Assembly (NCBI GenBank): GCA_015068925.1
Contig: SVJP01000001.1
Coordinates: forward strand, 1,805-65,804
DNA length: 64,000 nt
Direction: 5' to 3'
DNA from: Oscillospiraceae bacterium
Lineage (GTDB): Bacteria; Bacillota; Clostridia; HGM11514
Below, piece by piece: positions 10,094 to 19,174 of this stretch (position 1 is its first letter; every line of letters starts with the position of its first letter). The notes under the pieces were generated by a model. The model was not told where the DNA came from and made no database searches. It worked only from the letters and a program-made list of their open reading frames with translations. Position numbers and translations under genes: made by a program.

Positions 10094-12289
10094 TTATACT
10101 TCAATCATCATACGACTCAAGAATTCATCTTGATATTCATCAGACAAATTGACAAACGGTGCTGAAAAACCGCACACACGAACAATGATGTGTCTGTAAT
10201 TCTCCGGGTTTTTTCGAGCTTCAATAAGCTCATCACGATTTACTATATTAGGTTGAATTGCCTGAATGCCGCTTTGAGCCGCTGCAAGAAACAAGGCGAC
10301 AATATTGTCAATATCCAGCTTTCCTGCCGGCAATGTAAGAGTGATTGACGTACTGCAGGCAAACTTTGACATATCAAGCTGTTGAAGTGTATAAAGCAGT
10401 TCGGATACGGATATGGTCCGCTGAAGCCTTGAGGGGCTGAAGCCCTGACTTAAGTAATCACCCCTTCTTCTACCGTTAGGCATTGCCGGAACAGAATCTG
10501 CATTAAAAAGTATCTCAGTATAAAGATGGGAACCGAGACGAAGTTCTCCTTGTTGTGCCATAGGCAAATCTCTTGTAATATCATAGATATCATCAATCAG
10601 TCGTTTTACAAGAGAGATTGATTCTTCTGAGCCATCACCGTAGGAGGGTGCATTTGTTGACATTAGTCGAAGTTCTTCGTTTTGCCATTCAAGTCTGCAT
10701 TGATTAAAAAGCTCTGAGACGGTGCACGCTTTTTTGTCAAAGCAAAGATGTTTTATCGCCAGAAGAGAATCAACCGCATCTGCAAAGAACATTAAATACG
10801 CGGTTTCTCTGTTATATTTACCACCGTTGTTTGTTATATCCTTCAGATTTTCGATACATGGCTTCATAAGGGCAGACAAAGCTCCTACAGGATTTACCTC
10901 GTGCCATACGCGTGTGCCTCTTGAAATTATCATATGCTTATGCATGAACATACGACGTAAAAACCCGATATACCTTACATACAGTTCTTCAAAGCTTTTG
11001 CATTCCTCAAGAGATTCAAAGTAAATCTCGTGCTTTCGCATAAGACTTGTATTATTGTGTATCGACCATTGTAACGGTTTCAAAATATCGACATATTCTC
11101 CGCTGTTATGTATTGAAACATCGCCGGTCAGAATATCCCAGCACCCACCAACGCTGTAGTTGAGTGCATCCTCTCTATCGATTCCGGACCGAATAAGTGC
11201 CGGAATAATGGAATCATCATTAGAGTAAAGACTGAAGCTTTTTCCCTGCATCAAAGGTTCAAATATAAGCTTGAGATATTCCCTGGGAGATTTTTGCGAA
11301 AAGCGGAGCATCATCTTCGGATATATAATATCCTCATTCTCTCTTGCTTTGAGAAACAGTCTTGTAACTCCATTAAATACAGGATTTCCTTCACTGTCAC
11401 ATCCGCCAAGAGTAAGTGTGTTTTCAAGCTCTTGCTCATAGGCATCTGAGATAACTGCCTCTCTTTTAAACAAGCAATCCTGTACTAATAAAAATTTCGT
11501 AACAAGATTAAGCATTTCGTCAGTCGTGACACCGTTTTTTAAATCATTTTCATACAGAGGAGCAAGTAAAACATCTACCCTGCCAAAGGAACTGAATCCC
11601 ATTCCTTCAAGAATACCCAGTGATTTTCGCATAAACGCAAGAGTACACAAGCCCTCGTGAAGTGTTTTCGGAGGATAAATCGGGATACGATTCGCAATTT
11701 CTGAAAGTTCATCGCATCCTACCTCTTTCAGTGCAACAGCAAATTTTTTTGACATTTTACAAAGAGCGTTTATCCCTGCCGTGCAGCAATCGATAAACTC
11801 GACCTGGGTTTCATCAGTACATCTGTTTTTAGCATCGCGAAGCTCGGAAAGAATCCCCGAAAGACCAATTTTGAAAACCTTTTCAAATGGAAGCTGAAGA
11901 TGCATCATATCCGCATATATTCCGGACTGAAGATACATGCCGCCACTGAAAATCATCCTGGCGTGAGGATCAATATCTGTAAAAAGATGACAATTTCTCA
12001 GATAAAGCCATCCATTGGCGTGATTCATACTGCGATTGAATTTACCGTCACCTCTCGGATGAAGCATACCTGCCTCGAAATAAAAAGGAATGTCTTTGAA
12101 TATAACAGGCTTTGCAGCATCAACAATAGCATCATAAAGCTTTGATTTCAGCTTATACGACGATAGATTGGGGTTTTCAGCGTCATAAGCGTCCATCACT
12201 GCGTAAACCTTCTCTGTCGCTTTGGCTGCGGACTCCGCCATCATACCGTGGTAGTATTCACTAAGCTCTTTTCTGATTTTTTTATACAT
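10094..12289 (-). CDS. Glycyl radical enzyme of the pyruvate formate-lyase superfamily, unknown specificity
   Basis: 733 aa from the MYKK start, which lies 5 nt after AAAGGAGG. The C-terminus ARKNPENYRHIIVRVCGFSAPFVNLSDEYQDEFLSRMMIEV matches the GRE glycine-radical region (RVxG[YF]...F..L...Q.E). The conserved P.GRR.GD.LS.G.SP segment lies upstream of it. The candidate Cys loop is NYSVGGCWDI. Confidence 0.85.
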   Translation of the reverse strand: MYKKIRKELSEYYHGMMAESAAKATEKVYAVMDAYDAENPNLSSYKLKSKLYDAIVDAAKPVIFKDIPFYFEAGMLHPRGDGKFNRSMNHANGWLYLRNCHLFTDIDPHARMIFSGGMYLQSGIYADMMHLQLPFEKVFKIGLSGILSELRDAKNRCTDETQVEFIDCCTAGINALCKMSKKFAVALKEVGCDELSEIANRIPIYPPKTLHEGLCTLAFMRKSLGILEGMGFSSFGRVDVLLAPLYENDLKNGVTTDEMLNLVTKFLLVQDCLFKREAVISDAYEQELENTLTLGGCDSEGNPVFNGVTRLFLKARENEDIIYPKMMLRFSQKSPREYLKLIFEPLMQGKSFSLYSNDDSIIPALIRSGIDREDALNYSVGGCWDILTGDVSIHNSGEYVDILKPLQWSIHNNTSLMRKHEIYFESLEECKSFEELYVRYIGFLRRMFMHKHMIISRGTRVWHEVNPVGALSALMKPCIENLKDITNNGGKYNRETAYLMFFADAVDSLLAIKHLCFDKKACTVSELFNQCRLEWQNEELRLMSTNAPSYGDGSEESISLVKRLIDDIYDITRDLPMAQQGELRLGSHLYTEILFNADSVPAMPNGRRRGDYLSQGFSPSRLQRTISVSELLYTLQQLDMSKFACSTSITLTLPAGKLDIDNIVALFLAAAQSGIQAIQPNIVNRDELIEARKNPENYRHIIVRVCGFSAPFVNLSDEYQDEFLSRMMIEV

Positions 12290-12434
12290 ATCTACGCCTC
12301 CTTTTATGATTATAAAACATAAATTTTCTATTACAATAGATTGTAATTTGTTTGTTGTACTTATTATATTATACCACAGGCAAAGTGAATTAGAATAGAC
12401 AATATGAATAATTTGTATAAAAGGGAACAATTTA

Positions 12435-12463
12435 TTGACAAAATATCATAATTATGCTATTAT
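12435..12463 (+). promoter_or_regulatory. Candidate sigma-A promoter for the AraC-family gene
   Basis: TTGACA, a 17 nt spacer, then TATTAT, about 20 nt upstream of the ATG at 12483. Confidence 0.4.
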
Positions 12464-12482
12464 ATTTGTAAAAAAGGGGTAA

Positions 12483-13259
12483 ATGATTATGAAGATAACA
12501 ATAAATTCAATACAGTCAATATACCGCTACAAAACAGACAGAAAAGCCTTCAAAGCTGCAAATCCAACCCGTAGCTTTCACATTCTTTCCTATCAGGAAT
12601 ACGGTCACTACGATCACTATGTGAACGGAAAAGAAATACCCGTAAAAAAAGATATGATATTCTTTATAAACGGGAATGACAACTATAGCGTAAAATGTCG
12701 CGAATACGGAGAATCGCTTTGCATAACTTTTGTTGGTGAAACAGTTTTTCCAACGATGACGATTGATTGCGCGGACAATCCGGAAATCAAAAACCTTTTT
12801 CGAAAACTTACGAAGCTGGGAAACATTGATTTGGACTACAACGCACTGAAAGCTTCAGCTATAATGTACGAAATTTTTGCCTATATGTCAAAAAAGGAAA
12901 ACTCAGAATATGTTTCACCGGACAAACGCGGAAAAATAAAAGAAATTCATTCCTATATTTACGAAAATTACAAAAAAGAGCTTCCAAATTCTTCAGAACT
13001 GTCAGCAAAATGCGGTATTGCTCCGAAATACTTCAGGACGCTTTTCAGGAAAATGTATGGGATAACCCCAACACAATATATCATAGAGTTAAGGCTCAAC
13101 GCCGCTGCAGAGCTTTTGTCGGAAGGAATTCTCAGTGTTGGAGAGGTTGCTGAAGCTGTTGGGTTTTCTGATGTTTATTATTTCAGTAAGCTATTCAAAA
13201 AGCATTTTCTTTCTTCACCAAAGAATTATAAAAGTGTGTCACGGGGACGGGACTCTTGA
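12483..13259 (+). CDS. AraC-family transcriptional regulator with a cupin-like sensor domain and a C-terminal double HTH
   Basis: 258 aa. The C-terminus YFRTLFRKMYGITPTQYIIELRLNAAAELL is a canonical AraC HTH. It is transcribed divergently from the glycyl radical enzyme. Confidence 0.85.
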   Translation: MIMKITINSIQSIYRYKTDRKAFKAANPTRSFHILSYQEYGHYDHYVNGKEIPVKKDMIFFINGNDNYSVKCREYGESLCITFVGETVFPTMTIDCADNPEIKNLFRKLTKLGNIDLDYNALKASAIMYEIFAYMSKKENSEYVSPDKRGKIKEIHSYIYENYKKELPNSSELSAKCGIAPKYFRTLFRKMYGITPTQYIIELRLNAAAELLSEGILSVGEVAEAVGFSDVYYFSKLFKKHFLSSPKNYKSVSRGRDS

Positions 13260-13432
13260 TACAGTGTGACAAAAGGACGGACAACCGGGTAAGACATAAG
13301 ATGCGTATTTAAGTTGACAGCGAAAAAATATATGGTATCATCCTAACTTTGTGTAAACAGGCGTTGTTTCGATTTCGTTAGAACTGTGTTAGAAGAGAGA
13401 TAGTAATTTTTTACGTGAATTTTAACCGAAAC

Positions 13433-13461
13433 TTGACAAATTATACCCGTAGGGGTATAAT
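13433..13461 (+). promoter_or_regulatory. Candidate sigma-A promoter with an embedded palindrome, TATACCC-gtag-GGGTATA
   Basis: TTGACA, a 17 nt spacer, then TATAAT. The 7 bp inverted repeat overlaps the spacer and the -10 box. A second upstream promoter-like site (TTGACA...TGgTATCAT) lies near 13314-13341. Confidence 0.45.
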
Positions 13462-13662
13462 GAAATCATGGATTGAAAGTGAATAATGAATATGGATTTG
13501 AGTTTTATGTGCCGATAGGAAAGATAATTACGAAATGCTTGTTTGCTTTATATAGATGAGCCCGGATATGAAGATGACAAAGAAAAGTGTTTTCGCAGAG
13601 AAATGGAAGAGGCTTATGACTTATTGAAACCATTATGTGATAAAACATTAGGGAGAATTAAA

Positions 13663-14025
13663 ATGTTAAATAAATTATTAAAAAGTGTATTAGACCAAGA
13701 CACAGCCCCTGTGGTTGTTTGCGATATGGATGATATTATTGTGTATATGAATCCGTCAGCGATAGAGCGTTATCACAAGGATTTGACGGGCAAAAGTATT
13801 AAAGGCTGTCATCCTTCATCCGCCAACGAAATGATAGAAAAGGTTCTCGTATGGTTTGGAGAAAGTAAGGACAATAACATCATCTACACCTATCGCAATA
13901 ACGAGGAGAACAAAGATGTGTATATGGTTGCTCTTCGTGATGATGACGGTAGTCTAATCGGCTATTACGAAAAGCATGAGTATAGGAATAGAGAAACAGT
14001 TGGACTTTATCAGCCGAAGAAGTAA
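13663..14025 (+). CDS. Small PAS-fold-like protein, hypothetical
   Basis: 120 aa from the ATG preceded by TAGGGAGA. The sequence VVCDMDDIIVYMNPSAIERYHKD...GCHP resembles a PAS sensor core. The track ORF extends upstream to a TTG at 13543 with a poor Shine-Dalgarno site. Confidence 0.5.
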   Translation: MLNKLLKSVLDQDTAPVVVCDMDDIIVYMNPSAIERYHKDLTGKSIKGCHPSSANEMIEKVLVWFGESKDNNIIYTYRNNEENKDVYMVALRDDDGSLIGYYEKHEYRNRETVGLYQPKK

Positions 14026-14047
14026 TAAAATTTAACGAGGTTGTATT

Positions 14048-14527
14048 ATGGAAAATTTAAACTTTAGATACGCAACAGAAACTGATAGTGCATTGATCTT
14101 GGAATTTATCAGAGAATTGGCTAAATATGAAAATATGCTTGATGAAGTAATCGCCACTGAAGAACTTCTGAAAGAATGGATTTTTGAAAAGAAAAAAGCC
14201 GAGGTTATTTTTGCTTTAGAAGACGGAAAAGAGGTCGGATTTGCTCTCTTTTTCCATAATTTTTCTACATTTTTAGGTCGTGCAGGAATTTATTTAGAGG
14301 ATTTATTTGTTAAACCTGAATATAGAGGCAAAGGTTATGGCAAAGGACTTTTGAAAAAGCTTGCACAGATTGCAAAGAAAAGAGGCTGTGGAAGACTTGA
14401 ATGGTGGTGCCTTGACTGGAACAAACCAAGCATTGATTTTTATTTGTCCTTGGGTGCAGAGCCTATGGATGAGTGGACTACCTATCGCATTGCCGGAGAA
14501 ACTTTGGAGAAACTTGCAGAAGATTGA
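14048..14527 (+). CDS. GNAT-family N-acetyltransferase
   Basis: 159 aa. LFVKPEYRGKGYGKGLLKKLAQIAKKRGCGRLEW is the acetyl-CoA-binding motif A of GNAT proteins. Confidence 0.8.
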   Translation: MENLNFRYATETDSALILEFIRELAKYENMLDEVIATEELLKEWIFEKKKAEVIFALEDGKEVGFALFFHNFSTFLGRAGIYLEDLFVKPEYRGKGYGKGLLKKLAQIAKKRGCGRLEWWCLDWNKPSIDFYLSLGAEPMDEWTTYRIAGETLEKLAED

Positions 14528-14546
14528 TAGTAAGAGGAATTTAAAA

Positions 14547-14684
14547 TGAACGAAGAATGTTTCATTTGCAAAGCATCCCTTGAATATCCGGAAACGGATG
14601 TGATGATGGAATGTGTGGTTTGCCATAAAAAAGAAAACAGCGAAACAAGATGCGTGAATGGGCATTTCGTTGCCAAAAACTAAA
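14547..14684 (+). CDS. Possible 45 aa Cys-rich zinc-ribbon-like mini-protein
   Basis: MNEECFICKASLEYPETDVMMECVVCHKKENSETRCVNGHFVAKN with CxxC...CxxC...C..H spacing. Its 3' end overlaps the next ORF by 27 nt. No clear Shine-Dalgarno site. Confidence 0.25.
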
Positions 14685-15320
14685 ATAGCATTTATTTGTG
14701 TACATAATTCCTGCCGAAGTCAAATGGCAGAAGCTTTTGGGAAAGTGTATCTTTCTGAAAAATACGAGTGCTATCCCGCAGGAACAGAAACAAAACCACA
14801 GATAAATCAGGATGCCGTTCGAATTATGAAAGAGCATTTCGGCAACCGTGTGTGGTTTGTTGGCATGCAAGGGAGTTTTGCCCGTGGAGAAGCGACAGAA
14901 AACAGCGATATCGATATGGTCGTGATACTTGATGAATTATCACCATCAGATGTTGCGACCTATAACACAATGCTGGATCCCTTACCCCATAGAGAACTGA
15001 TTTGCGGTTTTCTTTCAGGGAAAAATGAAATTTTAAATTGGGAGCCATCTGACCTTTTCCAGTTTTATTATGATACAAAGCCCATAAAAGGAAGTCTTGA
15101 TGAACTCTTGCCATTGATTGATGATACTGCTGTCACAAGAGCAATAAAATTCGGTGCATGCAATATCTATCATGGCTGTGTTCACAATATGCTATATGAA
15201 AAAAGTGAAGATGTTTTGCGAGGCCTATATAAATCCGCATCTTTTTTCATTCAGGCAATCCCGTTCAAGCAAACGGGGAAATACATCAAACATCAGAAAG
15301 ATTTATTGGAATTTGTTTCC
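14658..15320 (+). pseudogene. In-frame chimera. About 60 aa of an arsenate-reductase (LMW-PTP type ArsC) N-terminus, joined to a minimal nucleotidyltransferase domain whose own N-terminus is missing.
   Basis: KIAFICVHNSCRSQMAEAFGKVYLSEKYECYPAG aligns with B. subtilis ArsC (CTGNSCRSQMAEGWAKQYL). It continues without a stop into VGMQGSFARGEATENSDIDMVVILDE, the GS..RG..x..SDID motif of ANT/Lnu-like nucleotidyltransferases. The frame then runs on to 15389 over the next fragment. Confidence 0.5.
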
Positions 15321-15324
15321 CCAA

Positions 15325-16356
15325 CGGGGAATTCGCATTGTGTTAGACGGCGTGTTTCATCATGTGGGCAGAGGTTTTTTCGCCTTTGAAGATGTGAAAC
15401 AACACAGAGATCAATCCCGTTACCGTGATTGGTTTTATCTGGATTTTAACGGAAACAGCTGTTACAATGACGGATTTTGGTACGAAGGTTGGGAAGGACA
15501 TTGTGAATTGGTCAAGCTGAATCTGCAAAACAGAGAAGTGCAGGATTATTTAATTTCCTGTGTAAAGCAATGGATGGATTGGTGGCAGATTGACGGACTT
15601 CGTCTGGATGTAGCCTATTTGGTAAATGAAGATTTTATGGGAAGGTTACGGGCAGAATGTTGTCAAAAAAATCCTGAATTTTTCTTGGTAGGTGAAATGA
15701 TTCACGGTGACTACAATCGTTTGTTGGGATTTTTACACAGTGTGACAAATTATGAATGTTATAAGGGATTGTATTCCGCTTTTAATTGCAACAATATGTT
15801 TGAAATCGGACATTCGATTCATCGTCAATTCGGAAGTGAACAATGGTGCTTATATCGGGAAAAGCAGTTGTTTTCCTTTGCGGATAATCATGATGTGACC
15901 AGAATTGCTTCAATATTACAAAATAAAAATCACCTTCCTCTTGTGTTTGGTTTTCTGTTGGGAATGCCCGGGATTCCTTGTATTTATTACGGCAGTGAAT
16001 GGGGAATCGAAGGAGAAAAACAACAGGGAGATGCCGCTTTGCGACCTGCATTGGAATTGCCTCAATGGAACGAATTAACAAAAGCAATCAGTCAATGGGC
16101 AAAGGTCAGACAACAAAGTATGGCACTGTCTAAAGGAAGTTTTCGGATTGCGGTCATGACCAATCAACAGATTGTGTTTGAACGGGAATATGAAGGAGAA
16201 CGGATGCTGGTTGCTTGCAACTGTGCAGACTATGAGTATTGCGCTCGGGGAGATATCAGAGCGGAAAATGTGAAAAATTTGGTAACAGAGGAAATGGTTT
16301 CCTTCTCCGACGGAATTGTAATGCCGCCTTACAGCCTTAGTTATTGGCAGGTATAA
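15325..16356 (+). pseudogene. 5'-truncated GH13 alpha-amylase-family gene, missing roughly the first 100 codons
   Basis: Homology starts at GIRIVLDGVFHHVG (GH13 region I), followed by IDGLRLDVAYLV (region II) and FADNHDVTR (region IV). The first 57 codons of the 15154 track ORF are read-through from another frame. Confidence 0.55.
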
Positions 16357-16404
16357 AATTTAAAAAACATCTTATCCTAATGAAAAAAGGGATGAGGTGT
16401 TTTT

Positions 16405-18087
16405 ATGTTTCGTACAGAAATGATTGAGAATTCTGACCATTCATATGATGTTGTTTTTTATTTGTCAGATTATAATGCATCCACAGAAGCAGCTTTGGAA
16501 TTTTTAACAAAAAGTCCAAGTTTTCGAAAAATTAGAAATATTGTATTGGTGGGGGCGATAACGGTGGTGATTCCCTTATCTCAGGTTGTTTCTAAATCAG
16601 ACCGCTATGCTATGAGCTATGTATTTTTCGGCACTTACAGTCAACAATTGGAATATATTTCTGTTACCCAGGGTTCCTTGGGAGTGATTTCTCCTTCATA
16701 TTTTAACTTAGACCAAAACGGACAGTTAGAACAGGTAACCATTTCTCATGATTTTATTGAAAGTGTTCATCAGCAGGGAATGAAGGTAGTGCCCTTTTTG
16801 AGCAATCATTGGGATCGGGCTTCCGGTGTTGCAGCGTTGGAAAATCGGGAACAGTTGGCAGAAGAATTGTACCAAATGATTATGGAGCATCATTTGGACG
16901 GGATTAATGTAGATATTGAAAATGTGTCAGAAAAATATCGGGATGCTTACACCGATTTAGTCCGCCTCCTTCGGGAAAAAATACCTGCCGACCGAGAGGT
17001 TTCTGTTGCTGTGGCAGCAAATCCCGAGGGGTGGACATTGGGTTGGCACGGTTCCTATGATTACAAAGCTTTGGGTGAAATTGCTGATCATTTATTTCTC
17101 ATGGCATATGATGAGCATTATCAGGGAGGAGAATCAGGACCGGTAGCAAGCTTATCTTTTGTTGAACAATCGATCCAATATGCATTACATTTTGTGCCGC
17201 GTGAAAAAATAGTGTTAGGCCTTCCTTTTTTTGGTCGCATCTGGTCGGAGAATGGCGAGATTTCGGGTCAAGGCATTTCTTGTCAAAGAATTGAGTCAAT
17301 CATTGCCCGATATGATGCAAAGGTGACTTATGACAGAGTAACAAGAAGTCCAAAGGCAGAATTCAGCTTAACAGAAGCAGACAATCTGGTGATTAATGGT
17401 CAGACTATGAAGCCTGGAAAATATGTCATTTGGTTTGAAAACAGCAATTCTTTAAAAGAAAAACTTGCATTAGTTGACAAGTACGAGTTGAAAGGTGCAG
17501 GTTCCTGGGCATTAGGTCAGGAAACGGCAGATGTTTGGGATTATTTTTCTCTTTGGCTGAACGGAAAATATTTTGAAGACATTGCCGGGCATTTTGCGGC
17601 AGATGCCATTTTGTCTTCTGCTGAAAAAGGATATATGGTAGGCGTGAATCATACTGCTTTTGCACCCGAGGAAGCCATGACTCGCGCTCAGGCAGCGGCA
17701 ATCTGTGCCAGAATGTTACACCTTTCTGAGGAATTAAGCCCTTATGCGGATACGAAAGGACATTGGGCAGAAAAACAAATCGGTGCTATGGCAAAAAAAG
17801 GCTTGCTTTTTGGATATGAGGACGGTACCTTTCGACCTGATGAAGAAATGACAAGAGAAGAGGTGGCATCCCTTCTTTATCGGGTGATTGGTGCAGAATA
17901 TGAAGATGAGTCATCTCCTTTTACCGATGTTTCGCCTCAGAGATGGTCCTATAAAGAAATCACGGCTTTAGCAGGAAAAAATATTCTTTCAGGATTTCCT
18001 GACGGCACCTTTCGACCCGAGGCTTTTCTGACCCGTGGAGAGATGGCATATTTAGTTCAACAGGTAGAAAAAAACATTGACAGTTAA
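16405..18087 (+). CDS. GH18-family glycoside hydrolase (chitinase or peptidoglycan-hydrolase-like) with three C-terminal SLH domains
   Basis: LDGINVDIENVSE is the GH18 DxxDxDxE catalytic motif. Three C-terminal repeats of about 55 aa (FEDIAGHFAADAI..., YADTKGHWAEKQI..., FTDVSPQRWSYKEI...) are S-layer homology domains. Confidence 0.8.
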   Translation: MFRTEMIENSDHSYDVVFYLSDYNASTEAALEFLTKSPSFRKIRNIVLVGAITVVIPLSQVVSKSDRYAMSYVFFGTYSQQLEYISVTQGSLGVISPSYFNLDQNGQLEQVTISHDFIESVHQQGMKVVPFLSNHWDRASGVAALENREQLAEELYQMIMEHHLDGINVDIENVSEKYRDAYTDLVRLLREKIPADREVSVAVAANPEGWTLGWHGSYDYKALGEIADHLFLMAYDEHYQGGESGPVASLSFVEQSIQYALHFVPREKIVLGLPFFGRIWSENGEISGQGISCQRIESIIARYDAKVTYDRVTRSPKAEFSLTEADNLVINGQTMKPGKYVIWFENSNSLKEKLALVDKYELKGAGSWALGQETADVWDYFSLWLNGKYFEDIAGHFAADAILSSAEKGYMVGVNHTAFAPEEAMTRAQAAAICARMLHLSEELSPYADTKGHWAEKQIGAMAKKGLLFGYEDGTFRPDEEMTREEVASLLYRVIGAEYEDESSPFTDVSPQRWSYKEITALAGKNILSGFPDGTFRPEAFLTRGEMAYLVQQVEKNIDS

Positions 18088-18146
18088 TGCTGTTTATGAT
18101 ACAATTTAATTAAGAAAAAATCAAAAGAACTACGTGAGGAATGTTA

Positions 18147-19142
18147 ATGGATATGCACCAAATGATAATGGCTTCGGTGAAGCAAAAAATAAACGAAATC
18201 AGAAAAGAAGATTCCCTGGTGATGCCGATTTTTACTGATTGGCATGTTACATCGTGCGAGGATTCTGCAGTGAAAAATTTATTGGAAGCCCTTTTTTGTT
18301 TGAAGGAAATAAATCCAAATGGAGTGATTGATTTAGGCGATAATCTTGCGATGTTGGGCCGAAATGAACATATTGCCAATAAAGAAATATCCTCCCTTTT
18401 AACGGATTTGTTTCAAAAAGCGTTTCAGACTTGCGAAAGTCCAATCTATTTTGCAAACGGAAATCACGACGGAATCGGAACAGATTTTTTTAAAGCAGAT
18501 TTTTGGAACGAGATAGTAAAGAATCGCTACGGAAACGAAGCTGCCCAATATGGGGAAGAGGGTTCCTATTATTATGTTGATTTTGATGAAAGCAACACCA
18601 GATTGGTTTTTTTATCTGTTCCTTGTGATTCGGATATAGAAGCCAAAATGCCCCATCCTTGTTGGAAATTTGGAGAGAAACAGATTCGTTGGCTTGCTGA
18701 AAAGGCTTTGGATACCGATAAAAATGTAATTCTGATTTCTCATGTTCCTTTTTATTACTATTATGTAGGAGATGCGGAGAAAACACTTGAGGTGTGGAAC
18801 GGAAATTGTACGGCAAAGGCATATGTCAAAGACCTTTGCGGATGGATTGATGATATTGAAGACGTTATTTCGATTTTAAATGCTTTTCAACATCAAAACG
18901 GAAAGCTGATTGCAGTCTTAAGCGGTCATACCCATGTAGATTCTTTATGGGCTCCCGGAGAGTCGAAGGATGAATATACCAATTCGCTTCCTTGTTATCA
19001 GGTCGTGACAAGGTCTGTAAAGCCTTATGGCGAGGAAGGAGAATTTAGGGTTGCGTTGGATTTGATGGTTTGGACTCCCTCTGAGGGGACTCTTGATTTG
19101 ATTCGTTTTGGTGACGGTGAAGACAGAAAAATTACAATATAG
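18147..19142 (+). CDS. Calcineurin-like metallophosphoesterase
   Basis: GDNLAML...ANGNHDG...LSGHTHVD are the metallophosphoesterase motifs. ATG 5 nt after GAGGAA. Confidence 0.75.
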   Translation: MDMHQMIMASVKQKINEIRKEDSLVMPIFTDWHVTSCEDSAVKNLLEALFCLKEINPNGVIDLGDNLAMLGRNEHIANKEISSLLTDLFQKAFQTCESPIYFANGNHDGIGTDFFKADFWNEIVKNRYGNEAAQYGEEGSYYYVDFDESNTRLVFLSVPCDSDIEAKMPHPCWKFGEKQIRWLAEKALDTDKNVILISHVPFYYYYVGDAEKTLEVWNGNCTAKAYVKDLCGWIDDIEDVISILNAFQHQNGKLIAVLSGHTHVDSLWAPGESKDEYTNSLPCYQVVTRSVKPYGEEGEFRVALDLMVWTPSEGTLDLIRFGDGEDRKITI

Positions 19143-19174
19143 TATGACATAACAAATGAATAGGAGAGACTAAT

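Noticed and set aside
9776-10165. Plus-strand 129 aa ORF spanning the rplQ 3' end, the terminator and the GRE 3' end
   Set aside because: It is a read-through frame that overlaps rplQ coding sequence and crosses the rho-independent terminator. Only the internal segment around 10010 is retained, as a low-interest note.
15154-15324. First 57 codons of the 400 aa track ORF that precedes the amylase homology
   Set aside because: The translation is junk (MHAISIMAVFTICYMKK...). It overlaps the nucleotidyltransferase fragment in another frame. GH13 homology begins only at GIRIVLDGVFHH.
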